Shown piece by piece: positions 63,773 through 64,000 of a stretch of DNA of 64,000 bases (positions are counted from its first letter, which is position 1; each line of letters starts with the position of its first letter). Position numbers and translations under genes: made by a program. The notes under the pieces are model-generated. The model searched no databases and had not been told where the DNA came from. It saw only the letters and a program-made list of their open reading frames with translations. Source of the DNA: Monocercomonoides exilis PA203. Taxonomy: Eukaryota; Protista; Preaxostyla. Location of the stretch: contig LSRY02000030.1 of assembly GCA_001643675.2 (NCBI GenBank), positions 744,001-808,000 on the forward strand, in the 5' to 3' direction.

Positions 63773-64000
63773 TTTTCAAAAATTTCACAATTACACAAAA
63801 ATTGTACAATTCATCTATTATAAATTCATTAGGTGAATAATAACCATTTGATCAAAACAAAAAATAATCGAATGCTTTTTTATTCAAATCTTAAGTTTTA
63901 TGAGACTTTTTTCATATCTTTATTCAATGCTTGAATAGAGTTTATTTCAACCCTAACAATTGAAAATTGCAATTATATTCAAATTAAAAAACTTGAAAAT

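Noticed and set aside
1-64000. Genome-wide TAR=Gln recoding as in some oxymonads
   Set aside because: Kinesin and the transporter end in TAG, and OSBP, ATG18 and NME7 end in TAA, at expected positions; long exons lack in-frame TAR

Overview
AT-rich, intron-containing eukaryotic DNA. It has short GT(TTG)...AG introns, long poly-Ser/poly-Glu inserts and standard genetic code (TAA, TAG and TGA all end conserved genes). Gene style and the large surface-receptor family suggest an anaerobic metamonad, probably the oxymonad Monocercomonoides; this is inference, not verified. Housekeeping genes: a GPR137/TOM1-like 7TM protein, kinesin-14, an oxysterol-binding protein, a HAD-like protein, Atg18/WIPI, a PH/coiled-coil protein, MORN1-like, an SLC45/SUC-like transporter and NME7. 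Highlights: (i) a prokaryote/phage-type class II (B12-dependent) ribonucleotide reductase that appears to have gained a spliceosomal intron; (ii) two convergent giant beta-helix/TM/pseudokinase receptor genes with patchy perfectly identical cytoplasmic blocks and the same in-frame TAG at the conserved Trp of LR[W]MAPE; (iii) between them, a 1-kb foldback element with 357-bp arms and a pogo-type DD35D transposon; (iv) a degraded fragment of the same receptor family near 7.6-8.1 kb; (v) a DUF2934-like motif in a small orphan protein.
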